A stretch of DNA of 33,988 nt from a virus (taxonomy: Duplodnaviria > Heunggongvirae > Uroviricota > Caudoviricetes), in the IMG/VR virus record IMGVR_UViG_3300021405_000008. One strand, 5' to 3'. The notes beneath the pieces were generated by a model. It was given only the letters and a program-made list of their open reading frames with translations, had not been told where the DNA came from and ran no database searches. Made by a program: the position numbers and the translations under genes. This document shows, in pieces, positions 15,211 through 23,252 of this stretch. The first letter of the stretch is position 1; every line of letters begins with the position of its first letter.

Positions 15211-15380
15211 GCGTATACTACCTGGCCATTGACGCTGGCCAGCCTGCGGGCGCTCCTGAACTCAGCGCTCGTGTCTGCGTGCTGCCCGGCTTTCCAGGCG
15301 GCCTCTGCCTCGCTGACGGCGGGCACGTCGATGGTGTGCTCGATGCCGTTGAACATGTACCGTACCTCGTACATGTCCAT
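15207..15380 (-). CDS. hypothetical protein (57 aa, MDMYEVRYMFNGIEHTIDV...)
   Basis: manually translated; starts 2 nt after upstream stop. Confidence 0.7.
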   Translation of the reverse strand: MDMYEVRYMFNGIEHTIDVPAVSEAEAAWKAGQHADTSAEFRSARRLASVNGQVVYA

Positions 15381-15382
15381 GG

Positions 15383-15568
15383 CTAGTATGTCGCCAGGTA
15401 CTCGGTGACGACGGCGCGGGCAGGCCCGCAGCCGGAGGTCAGATCGTACATGGCCTGGTCGTACATCATGTACTCAAAGCCCAGGTTGGCACCAGGCACG
15501 CACATGTAGTAGAAGTACCGCGCGGTGATGATCCGACGCGCCACCTCAAGGGCCATCTTGGTTGGCAT
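15383..15568 (-). CDS. hypothetical protein (61 aa)
   Basis: CAGAGGAGAAG RBS. Confidence 0.7.
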   Translation of the reverse strand: MPTKMALEVARRIITARYFYYMCVPGANLGFEYMMYDQAMYDLTSGCGPARAVVTEYLATY

Positions 15569-15593
15569 TTTCTTCTCCTCTGGGATACTTGGT

Positions 15594-15657
15594 TCTAGTC
15601 GAACCAGCCCGGCGGCCGAGGCGCAGCGCGCCCCGGCTTCCGAGCTTACCGACTAGA
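15594..15657. repeat. intergenic hairpin, GCCCGG-core family
   Basis: TCTAGTCG/CGACTAGA outer stem contains TAG stop of 15653-16066; AGCCCGG/CCCGGCT core with C-C mismatch. Confidence 0.75.
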
Positions 15658-16066
15658 CCCACTCGCTCCGCTGGGGGAGCGGCAGGCCCTCCACGTCCCA
15701 GCCCGTCTTGGGCGAGGCCAGGTGGTGGAGCTGGTTGGCGATGAGGTGCTCGACGTCCTCGCGCAGCTCGTCCGGGATGTCGGCGTCGGCGACGATCTTG
15801 CCGGCCGCCTCCAGGATCGCCCGGTCCAGGTCCCGCACGAACGTCCGCGCGGTGACCGGCTTCGGAGCGTTGGCGGCTGCCTCGCGCGCGGCGTCGCGCG
15901 CGGCCTTGGCGTCGGCGGAGGCCTTGGCGAGCGCGTCGCGCGCGTCGTCACGGGCCTTCTTGGCAGCCGCAGCGGCCGCCTTCTTGATCTCGACCCCGGC
16001 AGTCGCGTCCGCGTTGGTGCGGGTCTTGGGCGCGTTGACGGCGTTGAGTTCGGTGATGCTGGTCAT
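15653..16066 (-). CDS. Ala/Lys-rich protein with C-terminal domain paralogous to 9468-10340
   Basis: CAGAGGAG RBS, very high GC3; LHHL...W...GLPLPQRSEW. Confidence 0.85.
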   Translation of the reverse strand: MTSITELNAVNAPKTRTNADATAGVEIKKAAAAAAKKARDDARDALAKASADAKAARDAAREAAANAPKPVTARTFVRDLDRAILEAAGKIVADADIPDELREDVEHLIANQLHHLASPKTGWDVEGLPLPQRSEWV

Positions 16067-16688
16067 GATTCTACTCCTCTGGGATTCGGGTCGGTCCGAT
16101 ACCGCCCGGACGCGGGACCGCAGATCGGCCTACCTACCGGCCGTCCCGTCGGTCCCCATCCGCGCGCTACGCACGCCGAGGAGAGAAGAATTCTCCGCTG
16201 TTGAGTTATCAAGATGCGACTGTCCTCTCGGACTTCTCTGCCCTGCTTCTCGCGGGCGCGACCCCTACGGGGGCCCTTCCCGCGTCCGTCCGGCGGCCGC
16301 CCCGCCCCCGCACCTCCCTTCCCGCTCCGTTTCCGTCCTGCCCTTCTAGGGCAATCCTACCGGAGAAATGCGTTGAACGGAAGCATTTTCGGCCGATTTT
16401 TGGTCTCGTTTCGGTAACGGAATGCAGTTCCTCTCCGTAGCCGCACGGCTACCCTCCGCTAACCCTTACCAAACCACTCCTAGGAACTGTTCCTACCGGA
16501 ATGGTCGGGAATGTCGTCGCTCTCAGTTACCATCCGCTACCCTCCGTAGCTGGTCCAAGCGGGGTCGACCATTCCGACCGGGATAGTAGGGAATGTCGAA
16601 CGTCAGTTCGAATGGAGACGCGCGATGGACCAGTACTCAAAAAATGTTCCGCAACAGCGCTAGCGCTGTTCGAGCTTCTCTTTCATCT

Positions 16689-16780
16689 GCTAACACAGTT
16701 TTAGCTGTTTCTGAAGACTGCAGTCGTAAATCCGAAATTGCGCTAACACAGTTTTCCATGTTTTCTGGAAAGTGCAGTCA
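16689..16780. repeat. two imperfect ~38-nt direct repeats (53-nt period) in divergent intergenic region
   Basis: GCTAACACAGTTTT at 16689 and 16742, each followed by TTTCTG...TGCAGTC. Confidence 0.75.
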
Positions 16781-16782
16781 GA

Positions 16783-16992
16783 CTACCTGCGGGAGAGCCT
16801 GCATACTCCAACGATGACCACTAGGAAGAGCACCCAGCCTGCCAGGACAGGCCACCAGTAGGGACGGGGCAGGAAGAACGGCCAGCAGACGAAGAGGGCC
16901 GCTACGATGACGTTGATGTGATTGGATCGGACACTAGGGCCGACGGGACGGTTGGGACGGCCGGAGCGAACACGGCGGCGGTATCTTTGCAT
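16783..16992 (-). CDS. small membrane protein (69 aa, basic N-terminus, two TM)
   Basis: hydrophobic VIVAALFVCWPFFL and WWPVLAGWVLFLVVIVGV. Confidence 0.6.
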   Translation of the reverse strand: MQRYRRRVRSGRPNRPVGPSVRSNHINVIVAALFVCWPFFLPRPYWWPVLAGWVLFLVVIVGVCRLSRR

Positions 16993-17180
16993 ACCCGGAA
17001 GTATACTCTATGCACGGGAGAAGGGAAACCCGGGTTTACCTGCGGGGATAGTAGAAATTTGGCGATACCCTACCCAAATCCGCGATAATAGGCTATACTC
17101 AGGTCGAAGAGGCCTGGGGTCAGGCAGAGCGAAACTGGGGCCGGTAACCCCGGTGCGGCTCTCGGGAGTGCTGGAGAGAC

Positions 17181-18227
17181 ATGTCAGGCAGGGAAGCGCA
17201 AGAAGCAGGCGATGGCGGGGCGGCGCGTAGCGTAGGCGCGTCACGCTCACGCCAGTCAGCGGCTCGCACCCCTAGCACGACTAAAAGTGCTTCGGATCCA
17301 AGGGCAGCAAAGGCAAAGGCTCCGGTTAGACGCCGGGTGGCAGTGGCAAACACGGCAAAGAACGCAGATGATGCGGCGACACCCTCGTTGACACCCCCCG
17401 TCACGCGGGTAACGCCAGCCGTGCGGCGGAAGGCTGTTCATAGGTCAGCTCAGCCCGAGTCAGTCAGCTCGCCCCCGGTAACGGAGCAAGACAACGATGC
17501 TGCCCTAGATGAGTCCGAGCTGGCGGGAGAGTCCCTCAGCACCCCCGCTCTAACACACAGCAACAGCAATGAACCGGAAGACCACGTCTATGACCCCAAT
17601 AGGCACACGTCCGATGGCATGCACACTATGGACGGGAAGCCTGCAGAGCCCAAGCCAAGGCCAGTCAGCCGGAACCTAGACCCATCCCAGCTCTACCGGG
17701 GCCGGGCGCGGATGGCCCTGATCCGTGACCTCGCCATGGGTGAATGGACAAGCAGATCCATCGCTGATAGCGTTGGCGTCCCTGTCGAGATCATCGAGGA
17801 CTTCAAAGAGACATACGAGCACGAGATCTCTGAGGTTCGCGCTGCGCTAGCCGGGCAGCTCGCGATTGAGAGTGCTGGTCTCTGGATCTCCAAGCGGCAG
17901 AACCGCATCAGCGAGCTGCAGAGCGACTTCGAGGACATCGATCTGGTCATCGAGGTCATGCGGAAGAACACCAAGCAGAAGCTTGAGGAAGAGGCAATCC
18001 TCAGTGGTAGTGATAGCATGGTCAAGGGTGACGTCTTCGACACCGACCTGCTGCTGGGCTCCCGGCGTCACCAGAACCTGCTCCGTGCCAAGATCGCAGT
18101 CCTGAGGGCAGTCGCGGATGAGTACGCCCCGAACAAGCAGAAGAAGGATGCAGAGCAAGAGGACAAGAGCATCCGGTACGTCATCGAGCAGGACACAGGC
18201 GACGACATCCTGGAGTCCCTGACGTGA
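17181..18227 (+). CDS. putative terminase small subunit / HTH packaging protein with long disordered N-terminus
   Basis: first gene of virion arm; LIRDLAMGEWT-HTH-...LWISKRQNRI..LQ...VLRAVADE pattern recalled from actinophage TerS-like proteins; GGAG RBS. Confidence 0.6.
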   Translation: MSGREAQEAGDGGAARSVGASRSRQSAARTPSTTKSASDPRAAKAKAPVRRRVAVANTAKNADDAATPSLTPPVTRVTPAVRRKAVHRSAQPESVSSPPVTEQDNDAALDESELAGESLSTPALTHSNSNEPEDHVYDPNRHTSDGMHTMDGKPAEPKPRPVSRNLDPSQLYRGRARMALIRDLAMGEWTSRSIADSVGVPVEIIEDFKETYEHEISEVRAALAGQLAIESAGLWISKRQNRISELQSDFEDIDLVIEVMRKNTKQKLEEEAILSGSDSMVKGDVFDTDLLLGSRRHQNLLRAKIAVLRAVADEYAPNKQKKDAEQEDKSIRYVIEQDTGDDILESLT

Positions 18228-18418
18228 CAAATACAACTACCGACTGGCGCACGGTATTCATGAAGTACCTAGAGATTGTGGGCGATGCAGAGGGCGTGGA
18301 CTTCATCGACCTACGCGATGGGGCAAAGCAGTACCCGGTAGATTTTGGCGATGACTGGCCAGAGGTGGAAAAGGCCATCATGGAATCCCGCAGCCGCAGT
18401 ATGGAGTCCCTGACCTAA
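18224..18418 (+). CDS. hypothetical protein (64 aa)
   Basis: GTGA overlap, GGAG RBS. Confidence 0.75.
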   Translation: MTNTTTDWRTVFMKYLEIVGDAEGVDFIDLRDGAKQYPVDFGDDWPEVEKAIMESRSRSMESLT

Positions 18419-18537
18419 TGGAGATATTCTACGCGGTCCTCTCGGCCATCCTCGGTATCCCCGCCCTCGCGCTGCTAGCCCTCATCTATGGTGACCTAGA
18501 CTGGATCCTGTTCCGGGATGATGATCATGCCAAATAG
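18418..18537 (+). CDS. small membrane peptide (39 aa, MEIFYAVLSAILGIPALALLALIYG...)
   Basis: manually translated; TAATG coupling, GGAG RBS. Confidence 0.65.
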   Translation: MEIFYAVLSAILGIPALALLALIYGDLDWILFRDDDHAK

Positions 18538-18703
18538 GAGCAAAGACGTAACACCAAAAGATTTGGCAGTAGCAGTCATTATCGGCCTGGCAATAGGGAT
18601 CTCGGACCTAATCGGACTCGGCAAGAACACCCCCGAGGCGATCGGGTTTTACACCTTCTGCACAGCAATCATAGCAGCGGGCCTAGCGAGGCACAACAGA
18701 TGA
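18518..18703 (+). CDS. small two-TM membrane protein (61 aa)
   Basis: two hydrophobic segments; operon context. Confidence 0.65.
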   Translation: MMIMPNRSKDVTPKDLAVAVIIGLAIGISDLIGLGKNTPEAIGFYTFCTAIIAAGLARHNR

Positions 18704-18993
18704 GGATCACAAAAGCAAGTCAACTCCTCCCGCCCGAGTTCTACCACATGCTAGCGCAGGAACTCCCAAATATCAGGTTCGAGGGCACAGGCTCGCAGGG
18801 CCTTGCTCAGTGGAGCACTCCACCGGCCGAGGTGACGCCCTGCGAGCCTCCACCGGCCCTGTCTGGTCTGGCCGCCCGGTTTGAGGGCACAGCCAAAATC
18901 CTCAACCGGTCGCTGCAAATCCAGGATTACTTCCTGAACGGCAAGAATGATGAAAAGATTCATGAGCTAGCGCAGGAAGAAGAGAACAAATAG
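18700..18993 (+). CDS. hypothetical protein (97 aa)
   Basis: ATGA overlap. Confidence 0.7.
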   Translation: MRITKASQLLPPEFYHMLAQELPNIRFEGTGSQGLAQWSTPPAEVTPCEPPPALSGLAARFEGTAKILNRSLQIQDYFLNGKNDEKIHELAQEEENK

Positions 18994-18995
18994 CA

Positions 18996-19364
18996 ATGGC
19001 CACGGCAACAGCGATCGCTACCGACCCCAGAAACATCAGCGCGGGCTCCCTCGCGCTGATAGGGCTTGCCAACTGGCTACTGCAGACGTATGTGTTCCAT
19101 GGTGCGACCCCTGCCCCGGTAGCCACTTCCCTCTACATTATCCTGCCTGCGCTAGTCGGTTACCTGACGACCCACATTGCCCTGAACATGTATCCGCCGA
19201 AGCAGCTCCGGGAACTCAAGGCCAACTTCCAGGCCGCAATGAAGAGCGACAGGCCCCTAGTAGTCCTCCCGAATACCACAGAGAAGACCCTCAGCACAGC
19301 ACCACCCTCAACCAGCTCCACTACACCACCAGAAACAAATACTACGCCCAAGGACGTCGCATGA
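18996..19364 (+). CDS. two-TM membrane protein, possible holin
   Basis: two N-terminal TM helices, polar C-tail; no endolysin recognised nearby. Confidence 0.4.
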   Translation: MATATAIATDPRNISAGSLALIGLANWLLQTYVFHGATPAPVATSLYIILPALVGYLTTHIALNMYPPKQLRELKANFQAAMKSDRPLVVLPNTTEKTLSTAPPSTSSTTPPETNTTPKDVA

Positions 19365-19795
19365 GAACTGAAGATGGCGTCTTCTGTGACATCAGGAACA
19401 AGAAGACTGGCCGGGTATGCGGGAACCAGGCCAATTACGTTCACCCCTGCAAGATTGAGGGATCTGAGTTCGCGTTCTGCAAGGGACATGAGGCTGAGTG
19501 GAAGGCACAGACCACCAATCAGCCGAACTTTCAGGTTCGCTGCCCGCGCTGTCTTCCGCAGTTCCTGGCTAGCGTTGATGCGAGGCTGCTACGGCCGGTC
19601 AGTAGCCTGCCAGAGCCCATTACCGGGCCGCTCGCGGATGCGATCGATATGGCCATGTACCGGGAGGGGATTCTGACCCCGATCCGGATGAACGTGCTCC
19701 GCAGGCTTGGCAAGAATGACAGCTCTTACGTCAATGCAATCTTCCGCTCCACAGCGAACACGCCAGATCAACAGCAAGTACAGGCACAGGCATAG
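19361..19795 (+). CDS. Cys/His-rich putative zinc-binding protein (144 aa)
   Basis: FCD...VCG, HPC...FCKGH, RCPRC. Confidence 0.7.
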   Translation: MRTEDGVFCDIRNKKTGRVCGNQANYVHPCKIEGSEFAFCKGHEAEWKAQTTNQPNFQVRCPRCLPQFLASVDARLLRPVSSLPEPITGPLADAIDMAMYREGILTPIRMNVLRRLGKNDSSYVNAIFRSTANTPDQQQVQAQA

Positions 19796-19796
19796 C

Positions 19797-20003
19797 ATGA
19801 GTATGCACACAGCGTACCTCGATGAGGCCGAGCATTATCTTGCTGTTCAGCTTTCGCCTGCAAGTAAGTGCATTGCCAGAGGTATGCTCCGGCTCGTGGC
19901 TTCTCTAGATGAGCGTGGCCTGAACTTCCCCATTGTTACTGCATCTATCGATGGCACGGTTCAGGCCAGATGCAATAATGGCGTTTTCGAGGTAACAGCG
20001 TGA
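19797..20003 (+). CDS. hypothetical protein (68 aa)
   Basis: start reassigned to ATG 19797. Confidence 0.6.
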   Translation: MSMHTAYLDEAEHYLAVQLSPASKCIARGMLRLVASLDERGLNFPIVTASIDGTVQARCNNGVFEVTA

Positions 20004-20353
20004 ACGTTGGCGGTCACAGCCTTTACCAGAACAACAGCGCGGGCTACTCTCCCTATGGGGCCTGCAATATCAACATAGATACTGGCTGTGACCTCGACCC
20101 AAGATGCACGCTCTTCCAGCAGTGCATCCCACTAGCCGCTGCGGACATGCAGAAAGACAGCAACGGCACAAGCACACAAGGCATCCGTCCCCACAGGCAG
20201 ATGACCGAGAATGAATATCAGGAAAGAAAAGCACTAATTGACAAATGGCTGAAGAGCCCGCAGGCAGAAAAACTTATTGCCCAGGGTCAGCTTGAAATTG
20301 GCGACAAGATCCGGATTAGTAGTTCATCGCAGGAAATTGAAATAAGCACATAA
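20000..20353 (+). CDS. hypothetical protein (117 aa)
   Basis: GTGA overlap. Confidence 0.6.
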   Translation: MNVGGHSLYQNNSAGYSPYGACNINIDTGCDLDPRCTLFQQCIPLAAADMQKDSNGTSTQGIRPHRQMTENEYQERKALIDKWLKSPQAEKLIAQGQLEIGDKIRISSSSQEIEIST

Positions 20354-20378
20354 GCATTGCTACCGGAGTAGAACCCAA

Positions 20379-21803
20379 GTAACACAGCAGCAAGAGTCCA
20401 ATATACATAGGTATGGCCCGCGAGGAGCCTGCCGACTGGTACTAAAGGCGCGTGACCCGGAAGTCCTCATTGCCGGGCCAGCGGGTACAGGTAAGTCACG
20501 TGCTTGCCTGGAGAAGCTGCACCTTATGGCTCTTGCTAACCCCGGAAGCCGTTACCTGATCTGCCGGAAGACGGCGACCACGCTATCCTCCACTGCCCTC
20601 GTGACCTGGCAGAAGTTCGTAGCAACTGAGGCCATCGAGTCCGGGCATGTCTGGTTCTACGGTGGTAGCGCCCAGGACCCGCCGAGCTACAAATACCGCA
20701 ACAAGAGCGTCGTGGCTATCGGCGGTATGGACAACTCCATGAAGATCATGTCATCCGAGTATGATGTGGTCTACGTGCAGGAAGCTACCGAGCTAACCGA
20801 GAATGACTGGGAGACAATCACCACCCGGCTCCGGAACTGGCGTGTTTCCTTCCAGCAGATCCTCGCGGACTGTAACCCGTCTGCCCCTACGCACTGGCTG
20901 AAGCGACGCTGTGACGAGGGCAAGACCCGGATGCTGCACAGCACGCACGAAGATAACCCCATGCTATTCACGCCCAGTGGTGAGATTACTCCCAAGGGTG
21001 CGGACTACATCAGCAAGCTCGATGGCCTAACCGGTGTCCGATACCAGAGGCTACGCAAGGGCAACTGGGTCGCGGCTGAGGGCGTGATCTACGAGGACTT
21101 CCAGCAGCATACTCACGTTATGAGCAGGCAGACTTTCAGCGAACTTCTCGCAGAGGACGAGCCCACGGATGCCGCAGGAATCCCATTTAGCTGGCCGCGG
21201 TTCTGGTCCGTTGACTTCGGTTTCGTTCACCCCTTTGTTCTTCAGTGCTGGGCTGAGGATCCAGACGGGCGTATGTTCCTCTATCGCGAGATCTATCATA
21301 CTCACCGTACAGTAGACCAGCACGCCAAGCGAATCCTCGACATCGTGGCTCCATGCGTCAAGTCGGGCTGCGAGCATACTGGCAAGGTTGATTCCCCGCA
21401 GGCCTGCGAGCGAGAGTGGCTGGAACCCAAGCCAACTAACATCGTCGCGGACCATGATGCTGAGGGCCGGGAAGTCCTGGAGCGCGAGTTGGAGATGACT
21501 GTCCAGCCAGCACACAAAGCGGTACTGGAGGGCATCGAGGCCGTACAGGCAAGGCTGCGCAAAGAGGGTGACGGTAGGGCAAGGATCTTCCTGATCGCTG
21601 ATGCCATTGTGGAGCGCGACCCTGATCTGGTCGAGGGTGCTCGGCCTACCTGCACCATCGAGGAAGTCCCCGGCTATGTCTGGGATGGCAAGGGCAAAGA
21701 GCAGCCAGCCAAGGTTGATGACGACGGCTGTGATGCTATGCGCTACGCAATAGCTGACCGCGACTTCGGCATTCGTGCCCTGTACAGGAGTTTCTCAGCG
21801 TGA
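20379..21803 (+). CDS. terL: terminase large subunit (PBSX/SPP1-like)
   Basis: Walker A GPAGTGKS at 20475-20498 in frame upstream of track start; VYVQEATE Walker B, DCNP motif III, RNase H nuclease VDFG...ADHD...DDGCDAMRY; start codon uncertain (non-canonical). Confidence 0.95.
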   Translation, partial: VTQQQESNIHRYGPRGACRLVLKARDPEVLIAGPAGTGKSRACLEKLHLMALANPGSRYLICRKTATTLSSTALVTWQKFVATEAIESGHVWFYGGSAQDPPSYKYRNKSVVAIGGMDNSMKIMSSEYDVVYVQEATELTENDWETITTRLRNWRVSFQQILADCNPSAPTHWLKRRCDEGKTRMLHSTHEDNPMLFTPSGEITPKGADYISKLDGLTGVRYQRLRKGNWVAAEGVIYEDFQQHTHVMSRQTFSELLAEDEPTDAAGIPFSWPRFWSVDFGFVHPFVLQCWAEDPDGRMFLYREIYHTHRTVDQHAKRILDIVAPCVKSGCEHTGKVDSPQACEREWLEPKPTNIVADHDAEGREVLERELEMTVQPAHKAVLEGIEAVQARLRKEGDGRARIFLIADAIVERDPDLVEGARPTCTIEEVPGYVWDGKGKEQPAKVDDDGCDAMRYAIADRDFGIRALYRSFSA

Positions 21804-22141
21804 ATATCAGAGAAGCAATAGAGCAGCACAGCCCGGACGACGGCAGCATCAATTGGTATGTCGATGAGCACGTTATCGACTGTGACGCCGAAGAGTTCTG
21901 GAAGGTAGCGGAGGAAGCGGGAACGGCAAGTGCAAGTAGTCAGATCCCCCTGACGCTGGCCGAACAGGTTAGGGACATCGCCCCCGCAGGATCGAAGAAA
22001 ATACACTTTCCGGTGGCTCTCAGCAACGATGATATTGGCACAGCTCTCACCGCAGCGCTCATGACCTTCCCGGATGCTCCCGTGATAATCATCGACACCC
22101 CTGATGGCTCGGTCTACTACATGAACACGAGAGAAAAATGA
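21800..22141 (+). CDS. hypothetical protein (113 aa)
   Basis: GTGA overlap with terL. Confidence 0.75.
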   Translation: MNIREAIEQHSPDDGSINWYVDEHVIDCDAEEFWKVAEEAGTASASSQIPLTLAEQVRDIAPAGSKKIHFPVALSNDDIGTALTAALMTFPDAPVIIIDTPDGSVYYMNTREK

Positions 22142-22311
22142 TAGCGGGCATCTTCTTCATCATCCTTGGCTTCGTGTTCTGGATCAATACCAGACTAAGC
22201 CTGATTGAGGTTATCGCAATCCTCGTCGGCGTGATCGGTATCTGCCTCGTGATTAGCGCCATGAATACCCCAGATGACCCGAAGCACCAGAAGTGGACGC
22301 ACTTCCAGTGA
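22138..22311 (+). CDS. small two-TM membrane protein (57 aa, MIAGIFFIILGFVFW...)
   Basis: manually translated; ATGA and GTGA overlaps. Confidence 0.7.
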   Translation: MIAGIFFIILGFVFWINTRLSLIEVIAILVGVIGICLVISAMNTPDDPKHQKWTHFQ

Positions 22312-22730
22312 ATGACATGGGTAATCTGGAAACCTCAGCAGACTGGGGCGGTCCCATCTACTGGCGTGATGACACGGAAATAAAGAGTATGTCGGAGGGG
22401 CTGCGCGCCCCCACAGATCTGCACATTGACGGGATAAGCCAGGGCATTACTGTCAAGCCCGGTGAGACGCTTGTGCTCAGCTTCCGCCGCAGCCTGAGCG
22501 AGTACGAGGCTCATGAGATCAGCAGCAGGCTAAGGGGGCTTATCCCGGGCGTTACGATTGTCGTTGTCGACGATGACGTCAAGCTCACGGTCCTGTCGCA
22601 GGACAAAGAGGCTATGCGCGATCTCATCGCGGAGATGATGATCGATCACTTCCGCAAGGCAGCCCAGCAGGAGAAGAGAAAAGGCCAAATCAGCCAGTTC
22701 CCTCCGCAGACGGGCACACTACCATGCTGA
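22308..22730 (+). CDS. hypothetical protein (140 aa)
   Basis: GTG 22308 overlapping upstream TGA. Confidence 0.7.
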   Translation: MNDMGNLETSADWGGPIYWRDDTEIKSMSEGLRAPTDLHIDGISQGITVKPGETLVLSFRRSLSEYEAHEISSRLRGLIPGVTIVVVDDDVKLTVLSQDKEAMRDLIAEMMIDHFRKAAQQEKRKGQISQFPPQTGTLPC

Positions 22731-22984
22731 ATAATAATGAAAAACCAAGAGTACTTATGGCCGTCGAGTTCTGCAGGGAGCTTGCCGAAGTCGGCATTAT
22801 CCCGACGGACATGATGAACAGCATTGTCGATGTGTCAATAAAGCTCTCCCCGGGCGGCGCTGCTACCATGGTATTGGACGTCCTCCTTGATGAACGTATT
22901 TACAAGATCATGGACCCGCGTATCCGGAAGGCATTCACCGTTGAGACATTTGGACAACCGGAGCCGGAGGCCACAGATGTCTGA
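22724..22984 (+). CDS. hypothetical protein (86 aa)
   Basis: overlapping coupling on both sides. Confidence 0.7.
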   Translation: MLNNNEKPRVLMAVEFCRELAEVGIIPTDMMNSIVDVSIKLSPGGAATMVLDVLLDERIYKIMDPRIRKAFTVETFGQPEPEATDV

Positions 22985-23252
22985 GCCGGTGCCCGACTGG
23001 GGAGATGTGCTAGAAACAAGGCATATTGCTACTCAGGAGAAAATGCTCTGGTTCGAGTATGGGCATCTCCCGGAGGGTCTGCCTAGGCAGACCAGCGTAA
23101 GGTTCGCTACTCTTGCAATTGACCTCATTCAGTCTCTTCAGGATGGGCCGCAGCTCACCATTGCGCTTGACAAGCTGCGGGAGTCGAAGGATCGGGCCGT
23201 TAGTCAGGCGATTGTTGATGCAAAGAAAGCCCAAGGCAATGGCAATTCCTGA
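22977..23252 (+). CDS. helical-hairpin protein, Acb2/Tad1-hairpin-like (candidate signalling-nucleotide sponge)
   Basis: WFEYGHLP...FATLA...DGPQLTIALDKLRESKDRAV pattern; GGAGG RBS before ATG 22977; family link recalled, not searched. Confidence 0.5.
   Translation: MSEPVPDWGDVLETRHIATQEKMLWFEYGHLPEGLPRQTSVRFATLAIDLIQSLQDGPQLTIALDKLRESKDRAVSQAIVDAKKAQGNGNS

Noticed and set aside
12213-15657. Hairpin repeats as a CRISPR array
   Set aside because: Intervals are intact ORFs of very unequal length (about 100-800+ nt), repeats vary internally, and no cas genes are present.
12213-15657. Canonical integron attC array
   Set aside because: No RYYYAAC/GTTRRRY core sites and no IntI in the window; only the architecture is analogous.
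15708-16349. Long plus-strand ORFs opposite the Ala-rich gene (also 10005-10544, 7940-8356, 17693-18043 and similar)
   Set aside because: Antisense shadows of high-GC3 genes; no RBS or operon coupling.
18996-19364. Complete lysis cassette
   Set aside because: Only a holin-like topology is present; no amidase, peptidase or glycosidase motifs recognised nearby.
20379-21803. Intein or intron in terL
   Set aside because: Length about 475 aa with contiguous ATPase and nuclease motifs; no intein C/HN signature or frame break.
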